In this document: positions 1 to 48,656 of the stretch, piece after piece
Layout of the letters: each line of letters opens with the position of its first letter
Position numbering within the stretch: position 1 is the first letter of the stretch
NCBI GenBank assembly: GCA_964658305.1
Contig: OZ210885.1
Location: forward strand, 10,540,001-10,604,000
Source of the DNA: Leptogorgia sarmentosa
Taxonomy: Eukaryota
Direction of reading: 5' to 3'
Length of the DNA: 64,000 nt
Notes under the pieces: generated by a model
Seen by the model: only the letters and a program-made list of their open reading frames with translations
Databases searched by the model: none
What the model was told of the DNA's origin: nothing
Position numbers and translations under genes: made by a program

Positions 1-683
1 TTACAACTAGGTTGAAAACGTTCCTATACCCTTCCTGGAGTACTTGTAGGATGGTACTTGTAAGATGAAATCAGAAACGTTTTCAACTCTAAGAAGATCA
101 GAACCCCCCCCCCCCCCTCGCATTCTGGGAATGCATCGTGGCCCTTTTACACACTGTGCCTATTACGTAATAATTTTACTAGAACATTCAAATAGTTTTC
201 AATATCTCTACTATTGAGACTCCGAAGTACCTACAATGCTGGTTGTTTAGGTAAAAATAGTCATAATCGAATATTAGTATACAAGGGTGTCCCAAAAAAA
301 ACGCAAAACCATTGATTATTTGAATTTGAATGCCCTAGCACTAAGCTAATCCCTAAGCTAAGCTAATTTTGCTAGCCAGTATTTTAGTGTATTCAAAATT
401 TGGTTTTAATCATTCCGGACGCACATTACAAGTATATCTCAATTCCTTAATTACTGTTTATGCATTTTTTCGAGTTCAAATTCAAAGGGCTTTCAAATTG
501 CAACAATGCGTTAATTTCAATGGTTTTGGTTTTTCGAGTCTTTGTTTTACTTTATATATATATTTTAGAGTATTTATCATTGCAATAAATATTGATATTG
601 CTACTGCACATATCCTTGTTTCCACGTTTAATATTCATTTCAGTGAATTCGTTCGTTTCAATGTTGCAATTTCTCCGAAGTCT

Positions 684-35941
<35,258 letters not shown>

Positions 35942-36085
35942 GATTCAGGGATCTACAAATAAAATATACGTGAATTAAGTGTACGCAATTTAAAAAGACG
36001 TTCAGCTGCAATCAATGAACTTCATAAAATTTTTATGCACTCCATATTTAAAATATGCAGTTAACATCAAAATACGTGGCACTAA

Positions 36086-36650
36086 AGGCCCATTTACACT
36101 ACACAAGAATTGGCGCGGAATGGCTAAGATTTGGAACGGATGCCGGTTTTTATTGGCACGGCACCAAGAAATTTCTGTGCGTAAATTGCTGTTTCTACCC
36201 GGGCCGAGACCCAGAACATAGTTGGACAAATGCCGTGCCATATAAAATGGTACCAGTTTGTTTTTATGTACGCATGCGCGGTACGTTTTTCAAAATCGCG
36301 GAAAAGACAGGTGAGACCAAATTGAAAAATAATAGATGCATTAAATGGCCAGAGACAGTAGCTCTGCTAAATATTTGGAATGATGAAGAATTTAGATTAT
36401 CTTTGGAGAATAACAAGTAATACTGTTATAATTGAAAGACATGCACAAGAGCAATTACGGAATGGGATAATCCAGGTAAAATAAGACTTCCCTGAACACA
36501 TGTATGATTTCCGATAATAGATGAAATTGTGTAGAAAACGTGATTAACGAAATGAAAAATCGCCGTTTCGGACTATTGTGTGTGCCGATCTACATTTTTC
36601 ATGCAGTGCCATCGCCGTAAAAAATGGTAAAAATGCAAGTGTAAATGGTT
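36086..36650 (+). mobile_element. PIF/Harbinger-derived element with a Myb/SANT-like coding remnant
   Basis: aggcccatttacact / agtgtaaatggtt termini; internal KWPETVALLNIWNDEEFRLSL resembles the start of Harbinger Myb-like proteins. Confidence 0.5.
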
Positions 36651-36916
36651 ATTGCCGTGCCAATAAAGATCGCCAAGCTCCACATTTTAGCCTTTTATAG
36701 CAACGTCTGGTTTGTCTATTCCTTCGCTTTCTACTTCGCTAAGTAAGATTCATGCCACACAGCACGCGATCAAGTCGATCAAGACAGGCGACAAAGTCGA
36801 TCAAGTCATGCGCACAAAGTGCCTGCACTCGTGACAAAAACAACTGAAGGAACAAACTGCATGGTATACGTATGTATGTTACGTACGTAGGACAACGTCA
36901 AAAAAGTTTTTCACGG

Positions 36917-37686
36917 CAGGAACGTCGCCAGGGAGGGGACTGGGGGAGGGGGGGGGGACGAGTCCCCCCAGTTATTTTATTTTTGTTCTTAAATCTGAAG
37001 TTAAAGAGGGCGGGGGTTCGATTATTCAGAATACTATTTCATATCAGTATATAGAAACATTGCAGATAATCGATTAGGTGAGACAGAGAGTTTCGCCCCA
37101 TGTGAGGTAATCCGGAAGATATTTGGATTCGGAATCCCCGTATTTGGATTCCGGATTCCAGACTTGTAGCTACCTCCTCCACAGGCGTTTTTATGCTTTT
37201 AACATATATAAACTACAGCACGCAAAAAGAAAAATTGTCGGTTTAAAACAAATAAAAACTGGATTCCAGCACGGCTATGTGTCTGGATTCCGGATCCCTA
37301 AGATACTTGGATTCCGGATCCCACTCCCAGGATTCCGGATTCCAAACTGCTGGATTCCGGATTCCAAAGCCAAAAAAAATTTGGATTCCGGATTCCGGAT
37401 TACCTCACATGGGGCGAAGAGTTAGCTTTGTTATATACTCGAATATGTGACCAGTTATTATTTAACAATAGGTGCTTAGCAGCTTTTATGGTCTTTGTTG
37501 GAACAAAAGTGCGATATGTGGCTTTTAGATTATCAATATACCGGCCTGAAAATCCTAAAAACAGCGTTTTAGAGGTCCCAGAAATCAAACATTTTTTCCG
37601 GGGGTATGCCCCCAAATCACCCTGGAAATATCACGTCCTCGATGCTCATCGTCCCCCCCCCGTTCAACAACCGGGCGATGCCCCTG
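36917..37686. mobile_element. hAT-like MITE that hosts a nested insertion
   Basis: Degenerate TIRs caggaacgtcgcc / ggcgatgcccctg; perfect 8-bp TSD tttcacgg. Confidence 0.8.
37093..37417. mobile_element. Nested MITE with 6-bp TSD and internal GGATTCC repeats
   Basis: Perfect TIR tcgccccatgtgaggtaatccggaa; TSD agagtt on both sides. Confidence 0.88.
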
Positions 37687-38408
37687 TTTCACGGTATGAC
37701 CACGAAAAGAAGAGGCGACCCCAAATAAATTTACCCAACTGTTTGGCGAACTACCTCAACCCTCTAATTTTCCCTTTTGTCATGAAGAGAAAAAAAGGGC
37801 GGGGCTTATTGCCGCTGTCGTTGCATGCTAACAGAAATGAGACAGAGGGCTGGAATTTGCATGTGAAAAATGCTATGACTACCAGAATTAAAATATCTGG
37901 CCACAGGTTTGTTTACATCGTTGGCACTAACTGCATGACAACGCTTGCCAAATCTTCTCCTTAACTTTCTTCCAGTTTTCCCATATACAGTAAATGTAAT
38001 GGGGAAATTTAATATAGTATCATTTGCATTTTCGTTTACTCCTTGTTTTCTATAAATCTGTCTGATTGGTTTTTATTTTATCATGTGTCCTTTTGTTTTC
38101 ATATTTTCATTTACAAGTATACAAACAGGCTAAACGCAATAAAGGGCCTTTGCTCGAAACGTTGAATCTTATTGTATCTTTTAGGCAGTGAGTAGAACTT
38201 CTCCAGGTTGCTAATGTAGTTAATATTACATATATTTCATATATTTACTCAACAAGGCAATGCACCCTCTGTTCAGTGAGCAAACCAAAAAATCTGCCAA
38301 CACTTTTCGCTAACCAGTCAAGCTAGCAATGGCCCTGGCACATTTTGCACTATTATTTTATTCATTTTCAAACCAGATCATTTTACTCACAGTGCTACAA
38401 CTTAATGG

Positions 38409-38666
38409 TAGTGGCGCCATGGGAAGGGGGGCAAGGGGGGACTAACCCCCCCCCCCAATATTTTTCTAAGTATAATTTTGATAGAGAAAAAAGACCAGTA
38501 GGAGATTATCAAGTTTTCCACGAAGTATAATTGTCTTCCATTTCAGAAAACCCATAATTTTTCATTGAGGGTATGTAGAAAAAATTCCCCAGACCTTTCA
38601 GCACGGCCCGACTTCACAAATTTTGTATTTGAATTAACCCAAAATAAAATCGTGCCGGTGCCACTG
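38409..38666. mobile_element. hAT-like MITE
   Basis: tagtggcgcc / ggtgccactg termini; TSD cttaatgg / cttaatgt (7 of 8 match). Confidence 0.7.
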
Positions 38667-39456
38667 CTTAATGTGTTAATGTCTCAAGTTCATCAGTTTT
38701 CAAAATTCCAAAAATTCTGAAAGAATTTTCAAAAGCACATAATGCAGGGAGTTGTAGAAATTCCATCAGCTTTGATCAAATGTTGCAGATATATTTCAGT
38801 GGGGTGGATCAGAAACACTTCACATGCAGAAATTCCTCAGGGTGGAATAAATCAGGCTGGAATCGTCAGAAATTCCAATATTGAGGTGCCAAAATTATTT
38901 ACTATCCTTACAGTGTATTTAAAACAGTCGATTGAAGAACCTAAAAAACTCTTTATCAGTGAAATTACTCAAAACCAGACTGAGACAGTACTTTGAGAGA
39001 TTGTTACAAAGCTGATGTGCATTTAAACGTGCATTTATTGCTGTGTTTTATATTTCTTAGTATGCTTATATATTTATATTCAAGTATAGGAATACATTCA
39101 CGTTTCCTATCCACTGCAAGCATTCAAGTATATATCTACATGAACACACTGCTTGTTGGCAATGGAAGTTGAGTTTCAAAACACTTTGCCGTAATTAGTA
39201 AATAATTTCACTAAACTGATAAGTGTGACTATAAATGCTACAAAGTGCGGGCATAAAACCATATAATGTGCCACGGTAATGCTGCATCTTAGCAGCTGAA
39301 CTAATCACACCTGTCTAATATTACACATCTAGAGAGCAGCTCAAGCACCACAAGAGTAGTTATGAAAAAAAAAACAAAACCAATTGTCAAGCAAATTATA
39401 TATGCTATATGGAGAAACAATCATCACATATGCTACATTCACAAGGCACAATAATA

Positions 39457-42400
39457 TGCAGCAATGTATTAAAATCCTCCAAAATGTCTTTTTGTCAATT
39501 TCTGGTTGTGTAGTTTTTACTTTTTGATCTTTTTAAAGAGAAGCAAAATGCATGTAATATGGGGGTCACATATTGTGTCCCTGCTACTAATAAATCTTGA
39601 AGGGATTGTAATTTAATTCATCAGCCCACGAGATTAACATCCTTGTAATATCAAAACATGATTGAATTCTTGTGTGGTATAAAACAGCTATAAATATATG
39701 TAACACAAAACTTGTTTGCTGGGCAAATAATAGAATTGTCTTCACAATTTAACAAATTTATATTAAGCATAGTATAATTGTACTGAAAGAATGTGGGTTA
39801 GCAGAGCAAAAGCTAGAGGTTTTGGTGGTGTTTTTAGAGCAAGTGAAGGCACTGTGTAACAGGGAATGTTCTGGACTTATTTGCCATGCTAGGAATCACC
39901 AGCTAGGTCACAAACTACTGATGCAATATACAACTTGATGCATGCTGTACTACAGTATAAAGTCAATGATGATAGGGTTAGAGTTTCTATATCATTTATT
40001 AATGTTTGTCTGAACACAGCTCGGCAGTCACTGCCAAGAAATTTGTATGGAATGGGCTGGAATGCCTTAGAGAAGCTATGGGAAAAATCATTAATGAAGG
40101 GGCAAAATTAGCCACTGAATTCACCAAAGTGTACAGTATATGTTGTTATGAACACCCTGTTTAATGAGAAGGTGAATTTTAGCCTACGTAATTGCTGATA
40201 TTATTTCACTAACATTAAATCATGATTGTAACCTTGTCATATGAAATGCAGCTATAAATATTTGTAAGCAAATCTTGCTTAGTAAGCCATATTCCCCTCA
40301 TGAGCAATTTCTATTACAATTAGTAATATCAGTATTGAAAAATTCCGTGTTAACAGAGCGAAAACTTTTAGGTTTTGGTGGAGTTTCCAGCAAATAAATT
40401 CTGATAGGGATATAAACTCGCTTGAAATGGCAATCAATACAATCATGTATGGCAAAATATAAACGTACAGCATGAACATTTAGCTTCCGGCTTTGGTCCT
40501 TCGCAGTTCGTTCATTATTTCGAGCATATTATACCTATTTGTAAACTTATTACGGTTGAATATATTTGTTCCGTCATTTGTGTCGTTCATGTCTATCGTA
40601 TTTTCCTTTCAACGGGTATATTGCTTTCCTAACACACGGCATCTTCGCAGCTCTGTGACGGGAAATCCTACGGGAATTTCTTTGGTTTACTAGACATTTA
40701 AATCACTCACCTCGTTTCTTATTCCCTCTCCCTCTTTCAATTACTCGTCAATGTAGTATGATTGCGATTATATTGACAGAGAACGAAATACATGAAACTC
40801 ACTGCTACAATAAAGCACAGACTGGCTAAAATATTAAAACTCTGAGTGTAATCAGAACATGGCTTGAGAAAAGGGGAAATCCCTTTCAATTTCCGGCAGA
40901 TTAAAATTCAGCCTGCGAGAACTTGAGAATGCCTTGGAAAATAGTTTTAAAATTCCTTGAATTTTCCTTTAGTTTCTATCAATATGTCACTTCGATTTCT
41001 CTATCGTGCTACCATCAGACGTGAAAGTCAAACATATTTTATAACCATATTGTATACAAAGAGAAAATGACGGTAACACATCTATCTAAGGCTTAAAATG
41101 TTAAAATGTCGTTTGTGAAATTCAGGTAGAGTTATGACTTTTGCTGCCTCTATTTCACTAAATACATCACAGTTGCCCACATTTCACTAAGACCTCTGCT
41201 CTAAAATATCATCTTGGAGGCTCAAAATGAAAGTGGAGATTAATCACAGTCTACGTAGCCAAGAGCTATGCGATACTACCCCCATTACAATCTCTAAATT
41301 TTTATCCTAACTACAGCGCGCAACTTAAACTTCATCTGATATACCAGAATATGATTTTTAATTTCTGCACATTCACTGCGGATCAGTATAGATAGTATCG
41401 TGCAAAATATAACGCGAAACCTGCTCAGCATAAGCAATTTTGCGTGCCATTCCTGATCGGTAATCCCTTCGATTTGTAAGCGTGGATTATACAGTCTTCC
41501 TATATTCTTGCTAGCATATTATAACCCAGAAAAAAATTGAGGAAGCTACAGCCCACTCTGGGCCATGGGCTCTGCTACGCTTGTAGAAAATAGTTCGAAT
41601 TTCTCGTATGATATTTTTAAAGACTTCGTATTCTACTCTACATTGCAAAGGCATAGGAAAATATCCGCGAGTACACGCAGTCTGCATTCCGCAGTAATCG
41701 CATTGGCTGAGTCAAGCTAGGAATGTTACATTTCGATCGAAATATTTTTAATACAGCAAATATCGTTTTATGTCATAACGTACAGTCTTTACCGTGGAAA
41801 AGTACGAAACATAAAAGCGTAAAAATTTTTGTTCCATAATAATGATCTTCTATGAATTTAATTGAGAAGAAGAACGCGTGGTGAACCCATGAGTAAACAC
41901 ACTAAATTGCAATCCATCTTGATAGGTCGTATTAATTAGTTATTCACATTTTCTGATGCCATACAATTTTATTTGTCAAATGGAAACCACTTTCTTGTTT
42001 ACTCATCCTAACTTAATGTGAAACAAATTTCATACGCAGATCTTGATCGACGTATTTTTCAAGTTAAATCCTCACTACAATATCACTTGAGTGGCAAGCT
42101 AAAACATTACATCTGGCAAATATCTGTCTCAACGCGTCTTTGCGCACAATAGCTAATCTCAATGGCTTTGAAGGTCAAGTATGCTTGATATTATTGTAGC
42201 TACGATCTTTTCAGTGATGTGAGATAAAGCAAAACAGAAAAACGATGTAATAAATGATTTGGTGATTGTAATAAATGTAGTGGTGTCCAAAAGAATGAGG
42301 CCGTAGTTGTTATGGAAAATTCGCATTGGGAACAGGTCGTTGAAGCCGCGACACATATGAATTGAAATAATGATATTTGATACGAATTGTGTTTATAATG

Positions 42401-43129
42401 TGCTAGACTGACACAGCTAGCTAACAACCGAAATGTTTTCAATTGCATGAAGCGCATAAAACGTCTTTAAGGCAACATGAATGCTCACTCCAATAGCTGC
42501 ACTTAAGGATGGAAAATAACCACTCATTCAATGTCGTCTCTATCAATCACGTTATTCATTTATAAGTGGAACTGCTAAATCTTCTAGTCCGACTCATTTC
42601 CTAAGCCTAACCTCGACCTCCATAAGTCCATAAAGTTCCGCGTTTTTGTATCGCAGCTTTTCAAAGCCTGATTTACGCCTGCGTTGTGGATATTATATTA
42701 ATTTATAAAATTTACTGTCATTTCTCGGCCATTTCTTAGTACACACCCCACTTCGTTAATTCTTGAGATAGTAACTTCGAAGCCAAAAAATATACTAGTG
42801 TAGTATGCTACTCAAGTTCAGTGACCTGCAGGTCTGGCAGAAACATTATCTGTATGTATATTAACTATAACTCTGTGTATAGTAAATCTCAGTATGAGTC
42901 TATAAATCAGGATCAAGATCTGACGGTGATTTCAACGAACAACTGGCAACTGATACTTGTAGGTGAATCAGCAGATATCTCACATCATTACAGTGAGAAT
43001 ATTTCAGCGCATATTATGAAATTTCACACTAATAATCAGTCATTATAGCGATATGTAAAAATTATGTTAGGTTAACTTTTCAATTTTAAAACCTACAATA
43101 TTGTTGCAAATCATTCTGAGTCATGTCTC
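39457..43129 (+). repeat. Left arm of large inverted duplication (pairs with 50002-53674)
   Basis: Continuous reverse-complement match with scattered substitutions and indels; the ORF track shows mirrored ORFs 40493(+) and 52520(-). Confidence 0.92.
40660..40883 (-). promoter_or_regulatory. Candidate promoter and 5' UTR exon end: kappaB-consensus site plus strong splice donor
   Basis: GGGATTTCCCC (minus, 40873-40883); donor GAG|GTGAGT at 40711/40710; near-kappaB GGGAAATCCT (40660) and GGGAATTTCT (40672). Confidence 0.4.
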
Positions 43130-44513
43130 GAATTGCATATTTCAATAAATATGAGTAGACCTTGTTTGTGCTTTTGCCTTGTCTTATAGTTACGCAAGCT
43201 ATAACAATAACATGTGTAGGTAGCATTATACAACACACTGAAACGGGAAAATATTCAATTCGAATCCATACATTTATCCATCTTAGAATATTTCATATTT
43301 CTCGTATTGTATAGCATATTTTAAGATCATTTTGCGCCACATTCCAAAGCCATTTGCGAGTGTACACAGTCTGTATTCCACAATAATCGCGTTGGCAAAT
43401 TGACACTAGAAATATTATGTTTCTTACCTTTATTTGAGTACGTCTATCGCAACATTTTGAATAAATCTTTTCTTGTGCTATATCGTACGGTCTTTACGTT
43501 CAAAGTACTAAACATAAAAGTGTAAAGACTTCGGATCCCAAATAGATAATCTTGTTTTAGTTTCAAAACGAAAGCGGAAATAAATCATTAGGCTGCACGT
43601 ATGCCAAGAGCAATGCGAGGAATATTGAAACCTGACACGTTAAAAATACATGGCATGTTGCTTGAGAAACAAATAAAACTTCAATCAAGCGTATCGAAAG
43701 GGGGTTAACATACGCAGTTTAATTTCCTCACAGTTGAATATGGCCTCTTTCTACTACGACTTGTGTTAATTATAAATTGCATTGCACATCACTTTGCATG
43801 GCGTGTTATAATTTAGTTGGTGTAACTGTAAAATTATGACTTAAAAAACATTTAAAATGAGTAATAGATACCGTATAGTGTCATAGATTAACTCGGAATA
43901 AAAATAGGTGCGGAAATCTAGCTATAAAATAGTAACCATAATATATCGCAAATCTCCCAACGCCTCTCGTTAATAGCGCTGGGTTACATTAGTGCATGAT
44001 GAAAATGTTTATTGGTACTGAAGCAGATAACCTTGATTGTCAATGCTTGAACTCATTAACTCCAATCCATCATGTACTTTATTATTTTACTCTGATGTCA
44101 GATGATATTACGTACTGACATAAAGAAAGCGATGCTTATCAAATGACTTACCCATTCAATTGAAAATACATACACCTTGATCAGTACTACTTTATCTTTG
44201 GACACATTGTAATGCCAGACAATTCATATTTCCCTCGACAAGCGAAAACCACTGTGTTTTTAACGAGTTGGCAAAAAAAGCCATCCAGAATGCTCAGTTA
44301 GACTATTCAACTGCAATATGGCCTGTTACAGCCTCCTCAATCAACCAATAACAAATGGCGCAACCTTAACTCCTGAGCTAACCTTAATGCAATCACTTGA
44401 TTAGCAAGAATCTCTCCAGTATAAATAGCATATTATAACCCAGCAAAATTTGAGGAAGCTACAGCCCACTCTAGGCCATGGGCTCTGCTGCGCTTGAAGA
44501 AAATAGTTGGGAT

Positions 44514-46725
44514 TTTGAAGGTCAAGTATGTTGGATATTATTGTAGCTACGATCTTTTCAGTGATGTGAGATAAAGCCAGAAAGAAAAACGATGTAATAA
44601 ATATTTTGGTGATTGAAATAAATGTAGTGGTGTCCAAAAGAATGAGGCCGTAGTTGTTATGAAAAAATCGCATATGGAACATTTCTTTGAAGCCGCGACA
44701 CATATGAAATATGATATTTGATACGAATTGTGTTTATAATGTGCTAGACTGACACAGCGAGCAAGCAACCGAAATGTTTTCATGAAGCATGAAGCGCATA
44801 AAACGTCTTTAAGGCAACATGAATGCTCACTCCAATAGCTGCACTTAGGGATGGAAAATAACCACTCATTCAATGTCGTCTCTATCAATCACGTTATTCA
44901 TTTATAAGTAGAACTGCTAAATCTTCTAGTCTGGCTCATTTCCTAAGCCTACCTCGACCTCCATAAGTCCATAAAGTTCCGCGTTTATGTATCGCATCTT
45001 TTCAAACCCTGATTTACGTCTGCGTTGTGCATATATTAATTTATCAAATTTACTGTCAGTTCTCAGTAATTTCTTAGTACACACCCCACTTCGTTAATTC
45101 TTGAGATAGTAACTTCGAAGCCAAAAAATATACTAGTGTAGAATGCTACTCAAGTTCAGTGACCTGGTCTAGCAGAAACATTATCTGTATGTATATTAAC
45201 TATAACTCTGTGTATAGTAAATCTATGAGTCTATAAATCAGGATCAAGACCTTTCGGTGATTTCAACGAACAAAGGCAACTGATACTTGTAGGTGAATCC
45301 GCAGATATCTCACATCATTACAGTGAGAATATTTCAGCGCATATTATGAAATTTCACACTAATAATCAGTCATTATATAAGTGCATTATATAGGAGCGAT
45401 ATGTAAAAATTATGTTAGGTTAACCTTTTCAGTTTTAAAACCTACAATATTGTTGCAAATAGTTCCAAATCATCTGAGTCATGTCTCGTATTGCATATTT
45501 CAATAAATATGAGTAGACCTTGTTTGTGCTTTTGCCTTGTCTTATAGTTACGCAAGCTATAACAACATGTGTAGGTATAGCATTATAAAACACGCTGAAA
45601 CGGGAAAATATTCAATTCGAATCCACACATTTATCCATCTTAAAACAATTCATGTTTCTCGTATTGTATAGCATATTTTAAGATCATTTTGCGCCACATT
45701 CCAAAGGCATTTGCGAGTGTACACAGTCTGCATTCCACAATAATCGCGTTGGCTAATTGACACTAGAAATATGATGTTTATTACCTTTATTTGAGTACGT
45801 CTATCGCAACATTTTGAATCATTCTTTTCTTGTGCTATATCGTACGGACTTTACGTTCAAGTACTAAACATAAAAGTGTAAAGACTTCGGATCCCAAATA
45901 GATAATCTTCTTTTAGTTTCAAAATAAAAGCGGAAATAAAGCATTAGGCTGCACGTATGCCAAGAGCAATGCGAGAAAATATTGAAACCTGACACGTTGA
46001 AAATACATGGCATGTTGCTTGGGAAACAAATAAAACTTCAATCAAGAGTATCGAAAGGGGGTTAACATACGCAGTTTAATTTCCTCACAGTTGACTATGG
46101 CCTCTTTCTACTACGTACGACTTGTGTTAATTATATATTGCATTGCACATCATTTTGGCTGCCTGTTATAATTTAGTTGGTGTAACTGTAAAATTATGAC
46201 TTAAAAAACATTCAAAATTAGTAATAGATACCGTATAGTGTCATAGATTAACTCGGAATAAAAATAGGTGTGGAAATTTAGCTATAAAATAGTAAACCAG
46301 AATATATCGCCAAAATCCCAACGCACTCGTGAATACCGCTGGGTTACATTAGTGCATGATGAAAATGTTTATTGGTACTGAAGCAGATAACCTTGATTGT
46401 CAATGCTTGAACTCATTAACTCCAATCCATGTACTTTATTATTTTACTCTGATGTCAGATGATATTACTTACTGACCAAAAAAAAGCGATGCTTATCAAT
46501 GACTTACCCATTCAATTGAAAATACACCTTGATCAGTACTACTTTATCTTTGGACACATTCTAATGCCCGACAATTCATATTTCATTTGACAAGCGAAAA
46601 CCACTGTGTTTTTAACGAGTTAGCAAAAAAGTCATCCAGAATGCTCAGTTAGAGCATTCAACTGCAATATGGCCTGATACAGCCTTCTCAATCAACCAAT
46701 AACTAATGGGGCAATTTTCACTCCT
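44514..46725 (+). repeat. ~2.2-kb direct duplicate of 42167-44375
   Basis: Collinear match from tttgaaggtcaagtatg to caatcaaccaataac; preceded by 44426-44512, a copy of 41511-41600. Confidence 0.92.
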
Positions 46726-46786
46726 CCCCGCCCCCGTTGAGACTGCGCCACTGAGCTAAAGAATTACTGGAGAGAATGCACGGCAT

Positions 46787-47399
46787 CAAAAAGTGAAGCC
46801 AAAATTATGGCGTGGATTCATGCATGCCACGTCATATCCACGCCACTGGTTCCTAATTTTCATTGGAGCACCACTGACCACAACTAACTTTGAGCCCACT
46901 AAAGATTTGTTTTGGCGAAAATATTTTGTTTTTTACAAAGGATTTTTCGGTTTTTCTTCCTTTTTTGACATTCTGATATCATTTGCTGCCTTCAAGACGA
47001 CTGGAGAAGTGGCGACATCTATTCTAGTTAGTTAACAATTAAGCGACATAGATATTCAGAGCTCGAAAATCTCATTTGAAACTTGACAGGTAGTCTTTTT
47101 AGAAAATATTTTATTCATTTTTTTGCATAAAAAAGGGATTACATATACCTTTCTGGTTGAAAAAAACTGTGCTTTTATATAAGGATTGTGAAACCGTTTC
47201 AGCCGTGCAAATATTCTACCTTTTCGTGTTGATTTTTTCAACATAAAAACAAAATTTCGGCTTTTTTTACAAAAACAAAGAGGGGAAATCGTCGTCGGAA
47301 ACATGAGACCGCTGTTGGTCAGTGGAAATTATATGAGAAATAGGAACCAGTGGCGTCAGCAACGGTAAAATCCGCCATGTTTCTGGCTTCACCCCTTTG
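46787..47399. mobile_element. Old element with ~90-100-bp imperfect inverted ends
   Basis: gtgaagcca...acgccactggttccta...ccactgacca is mirrored by tggtcagtgg...taggaaccagtggcgt...tggcttcac. Confidence 0.55.
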
Positions 47400-47404
47400 T
47401 ATGG

Positions 47405-48656
47405 CAGGGGCGGATCTAGGATTTTTCGTACGTTAGTCAAAATTCTGTGACGTCATATGTCCTGATGACGTAAGTGATGACGTCATGACGGTAGTTTCAT
47501 ATGATCAAGCAACAGGCGCAGATAATAATATGCTACCACGCGCGCGTAAATAGCGTAAGTTATGCAAATGACAGAGCATGTTTTAACATAAAGCACATTC
47601 TTTAGTTTCTCCATTTTCCATAATTCAACCATGCTCTAAGTATATATATCGGTAATTTGCTGTTCAGCCACCTGCGAATTAAACTGTGTGATAAATATTT
47701 TCGTAATTTATATCCAACGCTGTCAAATTTCCGCTAGTCGACCTTGAGGTGTTCATAGACTTCACCTCAAAAGATCAAATTTAGAAGACAAAGGTGTCTT
47801 CGAATATATCTTGCATAAAGTGTTTCAGACCAAAGATACATTACATATCAAAGCTACTATTAGCAACCTAAAGGCTGAATTTTAATACGATTCAACGATT
47901 ACTCGATTAGTATAATATAAACACATAAGTATTTATATGTAATTATGTACGCAGTTTAACCTTTCAATCGAACGATTTGTTAAAATGCTAACGGCATTAC
48001 CTTATTATCGCTATATATATACATACATCTCTTGGTCTGTTGAGATATAAAGGAAATCTACGCCGAAACCCATCCGATGCACGCGAAATCAACATTTCAT
48101 CGGCTGCGAAATCCTAACATTTTCAATTCGAAAATTTATGTTGTTAACTTGTTATTGTATTGATATGAGATATCAACAATGTTACAAGAAGCCAATCAGA
48201 GGAGACGTTCTTTACCTTACTTTGCGCAAAATAATCCAATCACAACCCTCCATCTAACTGCTGGATTAGTCAAAAAATCCACGTGCTTTAGTCAAAATTT
48301 CGCAATGATTAGTCAAAATCTTTTTGACCAATCAACACGCCTGTAATGTGTGGCTAGAGCAAATTGGACCAATCAAATTACATGATCTAAAACGCAGATT
48401 AGTCAATTCTCATTCGAATACCGCTTATTTGACTAATCGGTTGACTAATCAATCGCTGGCTCAAAATGTGCAAAAACTGATCGAAGTTGAACGCTGGAGT
48501 GTGATGGATTTTGACTGCGTGTTGCGTAATGGAAATTTGAGAAGAGTTTCAATCAATCGGAAAATAATTTCGAAACCTTGGTCCAAATTTTTCCCCCATG
48601 CCTTTGTTTTTACGTTAGTCGCGTGACTAATCTGACTACCCCTAGATCCGCCCCTG
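47405..48656. mobile_element. hAT-like non-autonomous element (1252 bp) without TSD
   Basis: 16-bp perfect TIR caggggcggatctagg; internal ttagtca/tgactaa motifs; flanks ttgtatgg and agtcggac differ. Confidence 0.8.

Noticed and set aside
37123..37964. 100-aa and 178-aa plus-strand ORFs
   Set aside because: They run through MITE sequence and GGATTCC repeats and show no protein motifs.
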